This document shows positions 20,660 through 31,324 of a stretch of 64,000 nt of DNA, in pieces. Both the position numbers and the translations under genes were made by a program. Location of the stretch: assembly GCA_041664425.1 (NCBI GenBank), contig JBAYKU010000001.1:29272-93271 (forward strand), read 5' to 3'. This DNA comes from Minisyncoccota bacterium. Its GTDB lineage: Bacteria > Patescibacteriota > Minisyncoccia > Phycocordibacterales > XYD1-FULL-46-19. Position 1 is the stretch's first letter. Every line of letters starts with the position of its first letter. The notes beneath the pieces were generated by a model. That model made no database searches. It saw only the letters and a list, made by a program, of their open reading frames with translations, and had not been told where the DNA came from.

Positions 20660-20835
20660 ACTACAGCTTAAACATTTTAAAACCACGAAAAAGCCCCCAG
20701 CGGGGCTTTTTCTCTGCTTCGTGTAGGCTCTTCGCCCTCGTTCCTCGCCCAGCTCGGAACAAAAATACTTAAGGGCGAAGACCGGCAGCCTACCACTACG
20801 CAAGGGTTTAAAAATGTTTAAGCTTCCGTTCGCTC
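20660..20835. repeat. Composite repeat element after fusA, bounded by inverted repeats and enclosing the fusA terminator
   Basis: Inverted copies of AGCTTAAACATTTTAAAACC (20665-20684 versus 20799-20820). Terminator at 20686-20713 and a GC-rich hairpin at 20723-20792. The right end is shared with 32798-32858. Confidence 0.5.
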
Positions 20836-20996
20836 AGGATAAGGTCTAAAAATTTTGCCAAATTTTTAAGTAGTTTACCCTTATTTTTAGGCGTTTTTGG
20901 CTGTTTGCTATTGACTTTTATACCTATTTATGCTAATATTGAAGATAGAGTTTTGTCAATTGGAGCCTCTTAGGAGGCAAGCGGAAGGATAGAAAA

Positions 20997-21554
20997 ATGA
21001 GTACAGCAATTAGTGTTTCAATCGCGGTCGTGTTGGCAGTTTTGTCGGTTGTCGTTTTTTTCTGGTTTAAGCTCCTTCCAGGGCTAGCTGTTGGTTTCCG
21101 GCAGTTTTTGATCAAAACGATAATTGCAGTAGCTGCCATGTTGGTGGTCCTTGCCATGAAACAAGGGGGAACTCCCGATTGGTATTGGCCGTTTATACAA
21201 CAAAGCCAGGTTTTCTATGTTATGACTGCCTGGCCAGAGACTTCTTCGGGTGACCATAATGCTACCGTAGTTTTTCAAAAGATGGCTGGTGGTCATCTAA
21301 AACCCAAGCAGATGATGGATGTCAGGCTTGAGGGAGATCTGCCCAAGCCTGGCCAACTGGTCATGTTTGGGAAGGGTAGTAAGCTGGTGATCGTGGGTAC
21401 TGTGGCCGAGTCTGTGACTCAGCCCGTGGCTCCGGTTGAACCAGTGGTAGCGCCAGCTTCGGATGCTGTTGTAGATCCGATTTCTACCCCCGCTGTAAAA
21501 CAGGAAAAATTCGCTCCCATCATCCCGTCGCGCAAGACGACGGCGAAGAAGTAG
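20997..21554 (+). CDS. Hypothetical membrane protein (two N-terminal TMs plus a Pro/Val-rich tail)
   Basis: 185-aa ORF. Promoter-like TTGACT-N17-TAATAT at 20904-20940. Confidence 0.5.
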   Translation: MSTAISVSIAVVLAVLSVVVFFWFKLLPGLAVGFRQFLIKTIIAVAAMLVVLAMKQGGTPDWYWPFIQQSQVFYVMTAWPETSSGDHNATVVFQKMAGGHLKPKQMMDVRLEGDLPKPGQLVMFGKGSKLVIVGTVAESVTQPVAPVEPVVAPASDAVVDPISTPAVKQEKFAPIIPSRKTTAKK

Positions 21555-21657
21555 CAAGTTTCCTCGCAGTTATCGTGCCTCGTGTCGCTCTAAGCGGTCA
21601 CGAGGCATTTGTTTTTGAAAAAAATTTCCTTGCTAGTCTTTTGGAGCGTGATAGAAT

Positions 21658-22989
21658 TTGGATAACTATATAAGTTTTAATTTTTTTAATATGAAAAAAG
21701 GTGATGCTTTTGATATGGCGAGAAAAATGAATACTGGCGATAGCCTCGATGTGACGGCTGAAGCGCCAGTGGCCGAAAAAAATAACGAGCAGGCTCTAGA
21801 TGAGTTGATGGATACTCCCGGCTTTGCTGAATTTTTAGCCAAACATCCTGAGGCTGGAGAATTGTCTGAGGCTGAAAACTTAGATCGAGTAGGCAATCTT
21901 CATGAAGCTTTTGGTAAGGTCAAGGAGACCAATAAGGAGTTGAATAGTTTTTTTAAGGACCAAGCCAAGGATTTAGGTTTAGAACTGTCAGAAGACGAGC
22001 TAAAGTTTGTTGGCGAACATATTGAAAATCTGGCAATAAACAATCCGGAAGAAATGGCGGGTTTAACAGAGACAATTAAAACCTACCGCGAAACCCCAGC
22101 CAAGATCAAAGCGCAAACGGCTGAATTGTCTAAGCACATGGAAACTTTTAATAATTATGGAGACCTGGTAGTAGAGAAGGCTAAACTAGAAGGATACGCC
22201 AATCTAACAAAGTTTGAAAAGGGTAAGGTCATGGGTTGGATTGGGGCCGTGGAACTTTTCTTTGCTGACAATAATACGGTTAGAGGCACTGTTCCCAATA
22301 AAGATGACAAGATGGCCGCTTTTGTTCATCGGGCGGCTCTCAATAAAGAGACTATTAATGAAATTCGCGACAAATACGGTTTGAAGCCAGAACAAATCAA
22401 AGAAAGGATTGAAAAGATAGAAGCTGATATTGAGCAAGCTCGGGGAGCAATGGGAAAGATGGATCAGTTACAGGAAGGGCTGACATCAGCCAAAGGAAAA
22501 ATGATGGCCGAGAACGTTTTACCCCTAGGACAAGTCAGAGAATTGCTCCAACAGAAATTATCAGAAAAAATGGCGGGGGCGGCTTTGAAAGAAGGTTCGC
22601 CTGATGACCGTTTGAAGGAATTGTCCAAGGTCCAAGAATATTTTGATCAAATGGCCAACTCAGATCTCGATCTATCTGCCGGTTTTGATAGTGGTGATTT
22701 TCAAAAAAGAGTAGATGATCTTATGGAACTTCAAGTGACCGATGGCATCTCTAAAGCTTTGGAATCAGCCAAGACTGATACTCTAACCAATTTTGAAAAA
22801 GGTTTTAAAAAATATCTTGATGGTTTGGAAAAATTAGGTACCAAGGACAAGGAGGAGGCCCAAAGATTTGTGGTTGAACAGATGTTTGAAAAAATCGGCG
22901 AATTGAATAAGTCTACTGAAAAATCAGACAAAGCTAAAGCGATCTTGCTTCGTCGGGTGGTCGCAAAGATACAAGCTAATAAAATTTAA
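21658..22989 (+). CDS. Hypothetical acidic alpha-helical protein (about 440 aa)
   Basis: Long ORF with no motif recognised. Possible alternative start at 21691. Promoter-like TTGCTA-N16-TAGAAT upstream. Confidence 0.5.
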   Translation: MDNYISFNFFNMKKGDAFDMARKMNTGDSLDVTAEAPVAEKNNEQALDELMDTPGFAEFLAKHPEAGELSEAENLDRVGNLHEAFGKVKETNKELNSFFKDQAKDLGLELSEDELKFVGEHIENLAINNPEEMAGLTETIKTYRETPAKIKAQTAELSKHMETFNNYGDLVVEKAKLEGYANLTKFEKGKVMGWIGAVELFFADNNTVRGTVPNKDDKMAAFVHRAALNKETINEIRDKYGLKPEQIKERIEKIEADIEQARGAMGKMDQLQEGLTSAKGKMMAENVLPLGQVRELLQQKLSEKMAGAALKEGSPDDRLKELSKVQEYFDQMANSDLDLSAGFDSGDFQKRVDDLMELQVTDGISKALESAKTDTLTNFEKGFKKYLDGLEKLGTKDKEEAQRFVVEQMFEKIGELNKSTEKSDKAKAILLRRVVAKIQANKI

Positions 22990-22994
22990 ATTTT

Positions 22995-23297
22995 ATGGAT
23001 ATCCAAACAGATTTAAGCCAGTTGGGAGATTTATTAGCGGCTGGTAAAAAAGATGAAGCCACCGCGCTGATCGATGCCTATATCAATCAAGATTTAAGTG
23101 ATGAGGAAAAAGGGACCGCTTATGTCGCTTGGGCCAAGGCTTATATGGATGCTTCTAATACTATTGACCAAAGTTACAGTGAGGCTTTGAAAGGCTGGCT
23201 GGAAACCCTGCGAGAGATTGATAAAGAGAGTGACGAGACAGTCAAAGAAGCTAAAGTAGCTTCACTTAAAAACGAAATTAAAAATTTTGGGGCCTAG
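22995..23297 (+). CDS. Hypothetical small acidic helical protein
   Basis: 100-aa ORF 5 nt downstream of the previous gene. Confidence 0.4.
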   Translation: MDIQTDLSQLGDLLAAGKKDEATALIDAYINQDLSDEEKGTAYVAWAKAYMDASNTIDQSYSEALKGWLETLREIDKESDETVKEAKVASLKNEIKNFGA

Positions 23298-23359
23298 AGT
23301 TTTCTAGTTGTGCACAGATTTCCTCGTTTCTGATAGTGTGTTGGTCTATAATTAAATTA

Positions 23360-23893
23360 ATGAAAAAATCTAATATCTTTGGGACTCGCCCGGTAGTGAA
23401 GTCTCGAAGAGCTTCTACTACCGGGTTTACTCTTATCGAGCTTTTAGTCGTGGTGGCGATCATCGGTCTTTTATTGGGGATTACTACTGACTATCTATCT
23501 AATGCTAGAAGTAAGGGCTCCGGAGCAGGGGTGAAGCAAAATTTAAATAGTCTGCGAACTGACTTGGCTTTGTGGCAGACCAACAATAATAATAGTAATT
23601 TACCTTGCAATATTGCCATTGCCGCCAACGGCACTAGTAGAGCTAATCAAATTTGGGCTCAAGCCAAGAGTCGGATCGGATCATCAGATTGGGGCTACTC
23701 GATCCACGGATGTGCCGCTGCTAATACCAACGTAACTGGCACCGGTTTTATTTTTGTGGCTAAATCTGGCACCGGCAAATATTGGTGTGTGGATAGTAAT
23801 AATGCCGGTAAGGAGATTACTACAATAGCTACTGCTGGTCTTACTGCTGGAGCATATACAAACGGCAGTACTCCATTCAAACTCTGCCCATAG
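23360..23893 (+). CDS. Type IV pilin (PilA-like) with a class III signal peptide
   Basis: ...STTG|FTLIELLVVVAIIGLL prepilin motif. C-terminal Cys pair (C...C) consistent with a D-region disulfide. Leader length uncertain. Confidence 0.75.
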   Translation: MKKSNIFGTRPVVKSRRASTTGFTLIELLVVVAIIGLLLGITTDYLSNARSKGSGAGVKQNLNSLRTDLALWQTNNNNSNLPCNIAIAANGTSRANQIWAQAKSRIGSSDWGYSIHGCAAANTNVTGTGFIFVAKSGTGKYWCVDSNNAGKEITTIATAGLTAGAYTNGSTPFKLCP

Positions 23894-24071
23894 CTAAAAT
23901 AAACACAAGGTCCAAGCAGCCCCCTAGGTTGACTTAATGTCTTTATTTGCTATTATTATCCCACGCAACGGCGTAGCTTTTTTGATGTTGACCGCAAGGT
24001 CTAGTCAACAAACAGGGGTTAAAAACCACTTTTTATTAAGTTAGTAGTTAATAATTAATAAGTAAAAACAT

Positions 24072-25265
<1,194 letters not shown>

Positions 25266-25276
25266 TTATTACATCT

Positions 25277-25642
25277 ATGACCGCAACGACCACTAAAAAA
25301 ACCAAAGCAAAGGTCAAAGCGACCGGAAGCGAGGAGACTTCCAAGCTTCGCATTCGGGTTTCGGCCTATGAAAACAAGATTCTTGACGCTAGTGTTAAGC
25401 AGATTGTTGATACGGCGTTGCGGTATGATGCAACGATCCTAGGTCCGATTCCATTGCCGACCGAGATCAAAAAATACACCGTCAATCGCTCAAGCTTTAT
25501 TGATAAAAATTCCCGTGAACAGTTCGAAATGCGTGTTCACAAGCGACTCGTGGATATCATGAGTCCGTCTCCGAAAATTATCGAGAGCCTGACCAATCTC
25601 AACTTGCCATCTGGCGTCAATATTGATGTCAAAATGATGTAA
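25277..25642 (+). CDS. rpsJ: 30S ribosomal protein S10 with an N-terminal extension of about 18 aa
   Basis: [13 protein letters not shown]... core. Confidence 0.85.
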   Translation: MTATTTKKTKAKVKATGSEETSKLRIRVSAYENKILDASVKQIVDTALRYDATILGPIPLPTEIKKYTVNRSSFIDKNSREQFEMRVHKRLVDIMSPSPKIIESLTNLNLPSGVNIDVKMM

Positions 25643-25650
25643 GAAAACCC

Positions 25651-25690
25651 AAAACCCCGCCGGCCGAAAGGCTGGCGGGGTTTTGGTTTT
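25651..25690 (+). terminator. Rho-independent terminator immediately after rpsJ
   Basis: ccccgccggcc-gaaa-ggctggcgggg followed by ttttggtttt. Confidence 0.65.
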
Positions 25691-25774
25691 GTGCATAACT
25701 CTAGTTGTGATTATTTTTCTTTCTGTTATTACTTTAATTAGAAAATTGGTCTAACTGATAGTGGAGGAGGCAGA

Positions 25775-26029
25775 ATGACTATCTCAAGGCTATTGAGTTC
25801 CGATTTTGTTAGATGTCATTGCAAAGATGGAACAAGGCAATGTCTGTATTTGTCTCGATCTGCCGTCGTCGTAGATGGTGAACAAAATGAAGGCTGGTTT
25901 TGCAAAAACGGTAAGAATAAGGATGGTATTACTAGAGAAGGGGACATAACCGTTTGTGAGCTATTAGCCAGAGGCTTCAGTGGCGATTGTTACCAATTGA
26001 CAGTTACTGTCGGAAAAAAGAAGCTCTAA
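25775..26029 (+). CDS. Small Cys-rich (6 Cys) hypothetical protein inserted between rpsJ and rplC
   Basis: 84-aa ORF with strong SD GGAGGAGG 5 nt upstream. No signal peptide. Confidence 0.5.
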   Translation: MTISRLLSSDFVRCHCKDGTRQCLYLSRSAVVVDGEQNEGWFCKNGKNKDGITREGDITVCELLARGFSGDCYQLTVTVGKKKL

Positions 26030-26094
26030 GGACCCCTCACTTACATAGTCGAGGGGTCTGCGTGTTTATCTAGAGCCTTAGGAGTGGCTCAGAT

Positions 26095-26122
26095 TTGACT
26101 TTCTGCCCTTATCTGATAATAT
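26095..26122 (+). promoter_or_regulatory. Putative promoter TTGACT-N16-TAATAT for rplC and the downstream genes
   Basis: Hexamers with sigma70-like spacing. Confidence 0.4.
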
Positions 26123-26136
26123 GTTTCGAAGCTCGT

Positions 26137-26187
26137 AGGGGCTTTTTCAGCCCAAGGCTGATCGGCCTGGGGCCGAGTTTTTTTCTT
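26137..26187 (+). promoter_or_regulatory. Attenuator-like leader with alternative hairpins and a terminator-like stem plus U7 just upstream of rplC
   Basis: Three overlapping hairpins: gggct/agccc, cagcc/ggctg, and cggcc-tgg-ggccg followed by ttttttt. Confidence 0.35.
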
Positions 26188-26207
26188 AATATTGAAGCTA
26201 TATCTGT

Positions 26208-26843
26208 ATGAAGTTTATTTTAGGCACAAAACAACGAATGACTCAGGTTTTTGATGATAACGGCCGATCTCAGATTGGGACGGTAATTTCTGTTGCCCCA
26301 TCGATCGTCACTCAAATCAAAACTGCTGGTCAGGACAATACTAACTCGGTCCAGATCGGTTATGGCGAAAAACGAGCTAAAAATGCTGGTAAAGCCATGA
26401 TTGGCCATATTGCTCCTGCTCTCAAAGCTGCCGAAAAGGAAAATATTAGCTTCCAATTTTTGCGCGAATTCGCGACTGACAATACCGCTGACTACAAAGT
26501 CGGAGACGTTGTTGATTCCTCTATTTTCAATGAAGGTGAAGAAGTAACCGTGATCGGTACCAGCAAGGGTAAGGGTTTCCAGGGTGTCGTCAAACGCCAT
26601 GGTTTCCATGGAGGTCCACGTAGTCATGGTCAGAAGCACTCAGAGCGTGAGCCAGGTTCTATTGGTGTGGGTGGCGTTCAGCGCGTTTTCAAAGGTATGC
26701 GCATGGCTGGTCGCATGGGTAGTGATCGTGTCTCCACTAAATATGTCAAAATCATCAAAATCAACAAAGAGGCCAATGAAATTTTAATCCAAGGTGCTGT
26801 GCCTGGCCGTCCTGGTTCTTTGATCCAAATTATTGCTAAATAG
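26208..26843 (+). CDS. rplC: 50S ribosomal protein L3
   Basis: Conserved L3. Confidence 0.9.
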   Translation: MKFILGTKQRMTQVFDDNGRSQIGTVISVAPSIVTQIKTAGQDNTNSVQIGYGEKRAKNAGKAMIGHIAPALKAAEKENISFQFLREFATDNTADYKVGDVVDSSIFNEGEEVTVIGTSKGKGFQGVVKRHGFHGGPRSHGQKHSEREPGSIGVGGVQRVFKGMRMAGRMGSDRVSTKYVKIIKINKEANEILIQGAVPGRPGSLIQIIAK

Positions 26844-26848
26844 AAAAT

Positions 26849-27508
26849 ATGGAAACGACTCTCTACAACCAAAAAGCGGAAAAGGCCGGCGATCTGAAGC
26901 TCGAAGCTTCTCTCTTTGGCCAAAAATGGAATGCTGACTTGGTTCATCAGGTAGTCTTCTCCATGCTTTCGAATGCTCGTCCCGTAATCGCTCATGCCAA
27001 GGATCGCAGTGAAGTCTCTGGCGGTGGCAAAAAGCCATGGCGCCAAAAGGGAACTGGCCGGGCCCGTCACGGTTCTAGTCGTTCTCCAATCTGGATTGGT
27101 GGTGGTTCTACTCATGGCCCAAACAAAGAAGCCAACTTTGCCAAAAAAATCAACAAGAAAATGAAGTCCAAGGCTTTGGCAGTCCTGCTTTCTCGCAAGT
27201 TCAATGATGGCGAAATGCTCTTTATTGATAAATTTGATGTTGCTGGCAAGACTAAAGTCGCTACTGATGCCATGAAGAAGTTTTCTACCCTCAAAGGTTT
27301 TGAAAAAATTAATTATCTCAAAGGCAAGCGTTCTTTGATCGTCACTCCCGCCAAGGATGCTGAATTAGAAAAAGCTTTTGCTAACGTCAAGAGTGCACAA
27401 GTGACCGAAGCTCGCAATGTTAATCCGACCGATTTGGTGACTTATAAGTACATTGTTTTGGCTGGAGCTGAACCAATCGTGGCTTCTTTTAACGCTCGAA
27501 TGAAATAA
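26849..27508 (+). CDS. rplD: 50S ribosomal protein L4
   Basis: Conserved L4. Confidence 0.9.
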   Translation: METTLYNQKAEKAGDLKLEASLFGQKWNADLVHQVVFSMLSNARPVIAHAKDRSEVSGGGKKPWRQKGTGRARHGSSRSPIWIGGGSTHGPNKEANFAKKINKKMKSKALAVLLSRKFNDGEMLFIDKFDVAGKTKVATDAMKKFSTLKGFEKINYLKGKRSLIVTPAKDAELEKAFANVKSAQVTEARNVNPTDLVTYKYIVLAGAEPIVASFNARMK

Positions 27509-27513
27509 ATATC

Positions 27514-27819
27514 ATGTCTAAAATCGGCAAAAAAAATAACGGTCAAGTTCTCCTCGCTCGCCCTCACATTACAGAAAAGGCGACTTTGCTAAACGAGACT
27601 AATAAATTTCCTGTCTATACTTTTGTAGTTGACCCAGCAGCCAACAAGACTGAAATCAAAAAAGCTATCACTGCTCTCTATAAAGTCGTGCCAGTTAAGA
27701 TCAACATCATTAATTTGCCAGCCAAAAAAGTTATGCGCCGAGGCAAAGTGGGGGTGACCACTGCCACTAAGAAAGCTCTGGTTTTCTTAAAGGTGGGCGA
27801 TAAGATTGAGATGGCCTAA
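27514..27819 (+). CDS. rplW: 50S ribosomal protein L23
   Basis: Conserved L23. Confidence 0.9.
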   Translation: MSKIGKKNNGQVLLARPHITEKATLLNETNKFPVYTFVVDPAANKTEIKKAITALYKVVPVKINIINLPAKKVMRRGKVGVTTATKKALVFLKVGDKIEMA

Positions 27820-27842
27820 AATTTTAAATAAATCGAATTATC

Positions 27843-28682
27843 ATGAAAAAGTATCAACCAACAACTCCATCACGTCGCGGCATGAGCGTAGTATCCTATC
27901 GCGGGGTTTTGACGACTGACACCCCTCACAAGTCTCTGACTAAGGGTGGCAAGCGTTCTGTTGGCCGTAATAATGCTGGCCGTATCACTGTTCGCCACAA
28001 AGGAGGTGGCCACAAGCGAGCTTATCGCGAGATTGATTTTACTTTCAATAAAATAAATATTCCGGCCAAGATTGAATCTCTCGAATACGATCCAAACCGC
28101 TCCGGTTTTATCGCCCTGGTTTGTTATGCTGATGGTGAGCGTCGCTATATTCTCGCTCCAGCTACTGTCAAAGTGGGGGATCAGATTGTTGCTTCTGAAA
28201 CCGCCGACATCAAGGCTGGCAATCGTTTACCTCTAGCTAAAATCCCTGTTGGTACTTTTGTTTACAATGTGGAAGTCAAACCAAAGGGTGGTGCTAAATT
28301 GGCTCGTTCAGCTGGTGCCTATGCCGAAGTTCTCGCTTCTGATGCCGGTTATACCAACCTAAAAATGCCTTCTTCTGAAGTCCGTAAGATCAGCGAAAAA
28401 GCTTGGGCTTCAATCGGTGCTGTCTCTAACGAGGAATATCGCTTGGCTAATTATGGTAAGGCTGGCCGTAGTCGTTGGATGGGTATTCGCCCGACTGTTC
28501 GCGGTAGCGCTATGAACCCTGTTGATCACCCATATGGTGGTGGTGAAGGCGCTCAGGGTCGTGGTACTCGTCGTCCAAAGACGGCTTGGGGTAAGGTCAC
28601 TGGTGGCCGCAAGACTCGCCGACCAAAGAAGTATTCAAATGTCTTGGTCGTTTCCCGTCGTAAAGTAGGCAAAAAACGCTAA
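27843..28682 (+). CDS. rplB: 50S ribosomal protein L2
   Basis: Conserved L2. Confidence 0.95.
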   Translation: MKKYQPTTPSRRGMSVVSYRGVLTTDTPHKSLTKGGKRSVGRNNAGRITVRHKGGGHKRAYREIDFTFNKINIPAKIESLEYDPNRSGFIALVCYADGERRYILAPATVKVGDQIVASETADIKAGNRLPLAKIPVGTFVYNVEVKPKGGAKLARSAGAYAEVLASDAGYTNLKMPSSEVRKISEKAWASIGAVSNEEYRLANYGKAGRSRWMGIRPTVRGSAMNPVDHPYGGGEGAQGRGTRRPKTAWGKVTGGRKTRRPKKYSNVLVVSRRKVGKKR

Positions 28683-28690
28683 AAAACACA

Positions 28691-28718
28691 AAAACCCCTA
28701 AAAAGGGGTTTTTGTTTT
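28691..28718 (+). terminator. Terminator after rplB, inside the S10 cluster
   Basis: aacccc-taaaaa-ggggtt followed by tttgtttt. Confidence 0.6.
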
Positions 28719-28791
28719 AAACGAACTGGTCGAGGGCCAACCTTTAAAAGGTGTGCCGAGTAAAAAGTTTGGTAAGCAAGAGGCTTAAAAG

Positions 28792-28819
28792 TTGACAATG
28801 AGCCCTAATTTGCTAGGAT
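28792..28819 (+). promoter_or_regulatory. Putative promoter TTGACA-N16-TAGGAT upstream of rpsS
   Basis: Same hexamer pair as 33404-33432. Followed by a roughly 100-nt structured leader. Confidence 0.4.
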
Positions 28820-28919
28820 ATTAACCAGGCTCATATTGGGCTAAACCCTGACGGAATACGACACTAAAGTGTCGAAAAATCCCAGAGATTTTTATTCCAC
28901 TGGGTAAATTTTTGATTTT

Positions 28920-29264
28920 ATGTCCCGCTCACTCAAAAAAGGTCCTTATTTGGACGAAAAACTGATGAAAAAGATCGCCGGTAAAAAACCCGGTGATGCT
29001 GGCGTGATTAAAACTTGGGCCCGCCGTAGTCAGATTAGCCCAGAAATGGTTGGCTTTACTTTTGGTGTTCATAACGGTAAAAGCCATCTCGAAGTCTTTG
29101 TGACCGAAGAAATGGTTGGTCATCGTTTGGGTGAATTCTCTCCAACCAAAAAATTCGTTCGCCATGGCGGTAAAATGCAGAAGGAACTCGAGATGAAGAA
29201 GAAGGAGGCCGAAATTTCAGCTGCCAAATCTGCTAAAGCTACCACCGATACCAAAAAGAAATAA
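28920..29264 (+). CDS. rpsS: 30S ribosomal protein S19 with a Lys/Glu-rich C-terminal extension
   Basis: Conserved S19 core. Confidence 0.9.
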   Translation: MSRSLKKGPYLDEKLMKKIAGKKPGDAGVIKTWARRSQISPEMVGFTFGVHNGKSHLEVFVTEEMVGHRLGEFSPTKKFVRHGGKMQKELEMKKKEAEISAAKSAKATTDTKKK

Positions 29265-29267
29265 ACT

Positions 29268-29654
29268 ATGAAAGCTGCTCTAACCAATTATCGCCAAGCT
29301 CCTCGCAAAGTCCGCCTCGCGGCTGATTTATTGCGCGGTAAAATGGTAACGGCTGCGGAAATGGAATTGAACGCTTTGTCTAAAAAAGCTTCCCCGATTC
29401 TGATGAAGCTTTTAGCTTCAGCGGTCGCCAATGCTGTCAACAACGATAAAGCTGACAAGTCCAAACTTTTTATTAAAGAAATTACCGTTGACAAGGGGAT
29501 GGTTTTAAAACGTTTCTTCCCTGGCGCTCATGGCAAAGCTTATCCGATCAATCGCAAGAACAGCCATGTTAAAATTGTTTTAGGAATTAAAGAGCCCGCT
29601 CCAGCTAAAGCTAAAAAAGTAGCTAAGAAAGTGGCTAAAAAAGTAAAGAACTAA
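29268..29654 (+). CDS. rplV: 50S ribosomal protein L22
   Basis: Conserved L22. Confidence 0.9.
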   Translation: MKAALTNYRQAPRKVRLAADLLRGKMVTAAEMELNALSKKASPILMKLLASAVANAVNNDKADKSKLFIKEITVDKGMVLKRFFPGAHGKAYPINRKNSHVKIVLGIKEPAPAKAKKVAKKVAKKVKN

Positions 29655-29655
29655 T

Positions 29656-30339
29656 ATGACACATCGAGTTCATCCATATGCTCATCGTTTAGGAATCATT
29701 CGTGATTGGAAGTCGCGCTGGTTTGGTGCGCTCAATGGTCAGTACCAGGATTTTCTCAAGGCTGATGTTCTCTTGCGTGAATTTCTCGAAAAGCGTTTGC
29801 GTGGTATGTATGTTGATTCTATTGAAATGGAACGCAATCAAAATGTCTATCGTTTGATTATTAAAACTGCTCGTCCGGGTTTTGTTATTGGTCGCAACGG
29901 TGAGGGCTCTACCAAACTCAAGAGTGAAATCTTGGCCAAACTTAACAAAGCCAAATTACCTTTGCCTCGTGAATTTAGAATTGATGTTGAGGAGGTCAAA
30001 GATCCAGAAAGTCATGCCGCTATTGTGGCTTATATGTTGGCTGAAGGTTTGGAAAAGCGTTTGCCTTTCCGCCGTGTTATGAAGCAGATGATGGAGAAGG
30101 TAATGCAGTCTCGTGGTGTTCTCGGTATCAAGGTAACTTTGTCTGGTCGCCTTGGTGGAGCCGAAATGGGTCGGGTAGAAAGTTTGCGCTTAGGCCAAGT
30201 GCCTCTACAGACTTTGCGCGCCGATATTGATTTTGCTCGTGAGAAAGCCTATATGACCTACGGTGTTATTGGTATTAAAGTTTGGATCTACCGTGGTGAA
30301 ATTTTTAATGATAAGACTCCCAAGACCACTAAAGAATAA
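29656..30339 (+). CDS. rpsC: 30S ribosomal protein S3
   Basis: Conserved S3. Confidence 0.9.
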   Translation: MTHRVHPYAHRLGIIRDWKSRWFGALNGQYQDFLKADVLLREFLEKRLRGMYVDSIEMERNQNVYRLIIKTARPGFVIGRNGEGSTKLKSEILAKLNKAKLPLPREFRIDVEEVKDPESHAAIVAYMLAEGLEKRLPFRRVMKQMMEKVMQSRGVLGIKVTLSGRLGGAEMGRVESLRLGQVPLQTLRADIDFAREKAYMTYGVIGIKVWIYRGEIFNDKTPKTTKE

Positions 30340-30344
30340 ATATC

Positions 30345-30761
30345 ATGTTGTTGCCTAAAAAAGTAAAATTCAGAAAATGGCAGACCGGCCGATCCAATCC
30401 GAACAAAGCTCGGGTGGCTACTCGTGGTGCAACTTTGTCCTTTGGTAACTTTGGTCTCAAGGCTGAAACCTCTGGCCGTATTCGTTCCAATCAGATTGAA
30501 GCCGCTCGTAAAACCATCTCTCGTCAAATGGCCAAGACTGGTAAGTTGTGGATTCGAATTTTTCCAGACCGTCCTTTTACTGCTAAGGGTGCCGAAGTGG
30601 GTATGGGTAAGGGTAAAGGTGATCCTCAGGGTTACGAGGCTCAAGTTCGACCAGGTAGCTTGATTTTTGAAGTCGATGGTCTAACTGACGTTATTGCTCG
30701 CGAAGCTTTGCGTAAAGCCGGCGCCAAATTGCCAATTAAAACTAGAATTGTTAGCCGCTAA
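30345..30761 (+). CDS. rplP: 50S ribosomal protein L16
   Basis: Conserved L16. Confidence 0.9.
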   Translation: MLLPKKVKFRKWQTGRSNPNKARVATRGATLSFGNFGLKAETSGRIRSNQIEAARKTISRQMAKTGKLWIRIFPDRPFTAKGAEVGMGKGKGDPQGYEAQVRPGSLIFEVDGLTDVIAREALRKAGAKLPIKTRIVSR

Positions 30762-30770
30762 AATACTGCT

Positions 30771-30959
30771 ATGAAAAAGATTGATTTCAAAAACAAAAAT
30801 ACTGGTGAATTACAGAAACTCTTGGCGGAAAAACGCGAAGCGGTTAGAACTTTTCGCTTTGGTATCTCTGGCAGTCGCACCAAGAACGTCAAAGCTGGTC
30901 ATGATTTGCGCAAAGAAATTGCTCGTATTTTGACAGTTTTAAATACTACAAAGAAATAA
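30771..30959 (+). CDS. rpmC: 50S ribosomal protein L29
   Basis: 62-aa ORF in the conserved position. Confidence 0.8.
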   Translation: MKKIDFKNKNTGELQKLLAEKREAVRTFRFGISGSRTKNVKAGHDLRKEIARILTVLNTTKK

Positions 30960-30999
30960 TATTACTTGTCCCGTTGGAAACCCTAAATAATATAAAAAT

Positions 31000-31320
31000 A
31001 TGAAAAAGACTGATACCAACAAAATAATTAAAGACAACCACGCCAATAGCGATGGTGGCTTTGCAACTGGGATGACGACTTCAGCTAATAATCCAAAAAC
31101 CTTCAAAGGAGTAGTAGTCTCCGACAAGATGGACAAGACCGTCGTGGTGTCTGTGGCTAGCTACATCAAGCACCCTAAGTATGGTAAGTATTTGAAGCGT
31201 GACAAAAAATTCAAAGCTCACGATGAGAAAAATCAAGTCAAGGTGGGTGAGACTGTCACTATTCGTGAATGCCGTCCTATGTCGAAGGATAAATCTTTTG
31301 AGGTAGTTATCGAGAAATAA
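31000..31320 (+). CDS. rpsQ: 30S ribosomal protein S17 with an N-terminal extension
   Basis: [14 protein letters not shown] core. Confidence 0.85.
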   Translation: MKKTDTNKIIKDNHANSDGGFATGMTTSANNPKTFKGVVVSDKMDKTVVVSVASYIKHPKYGKYLKRDKKFKAHDEKNQVKVGETVTIRECRPMSKDKSFEVVIEK

Positions 31321-31324
31321 AATC

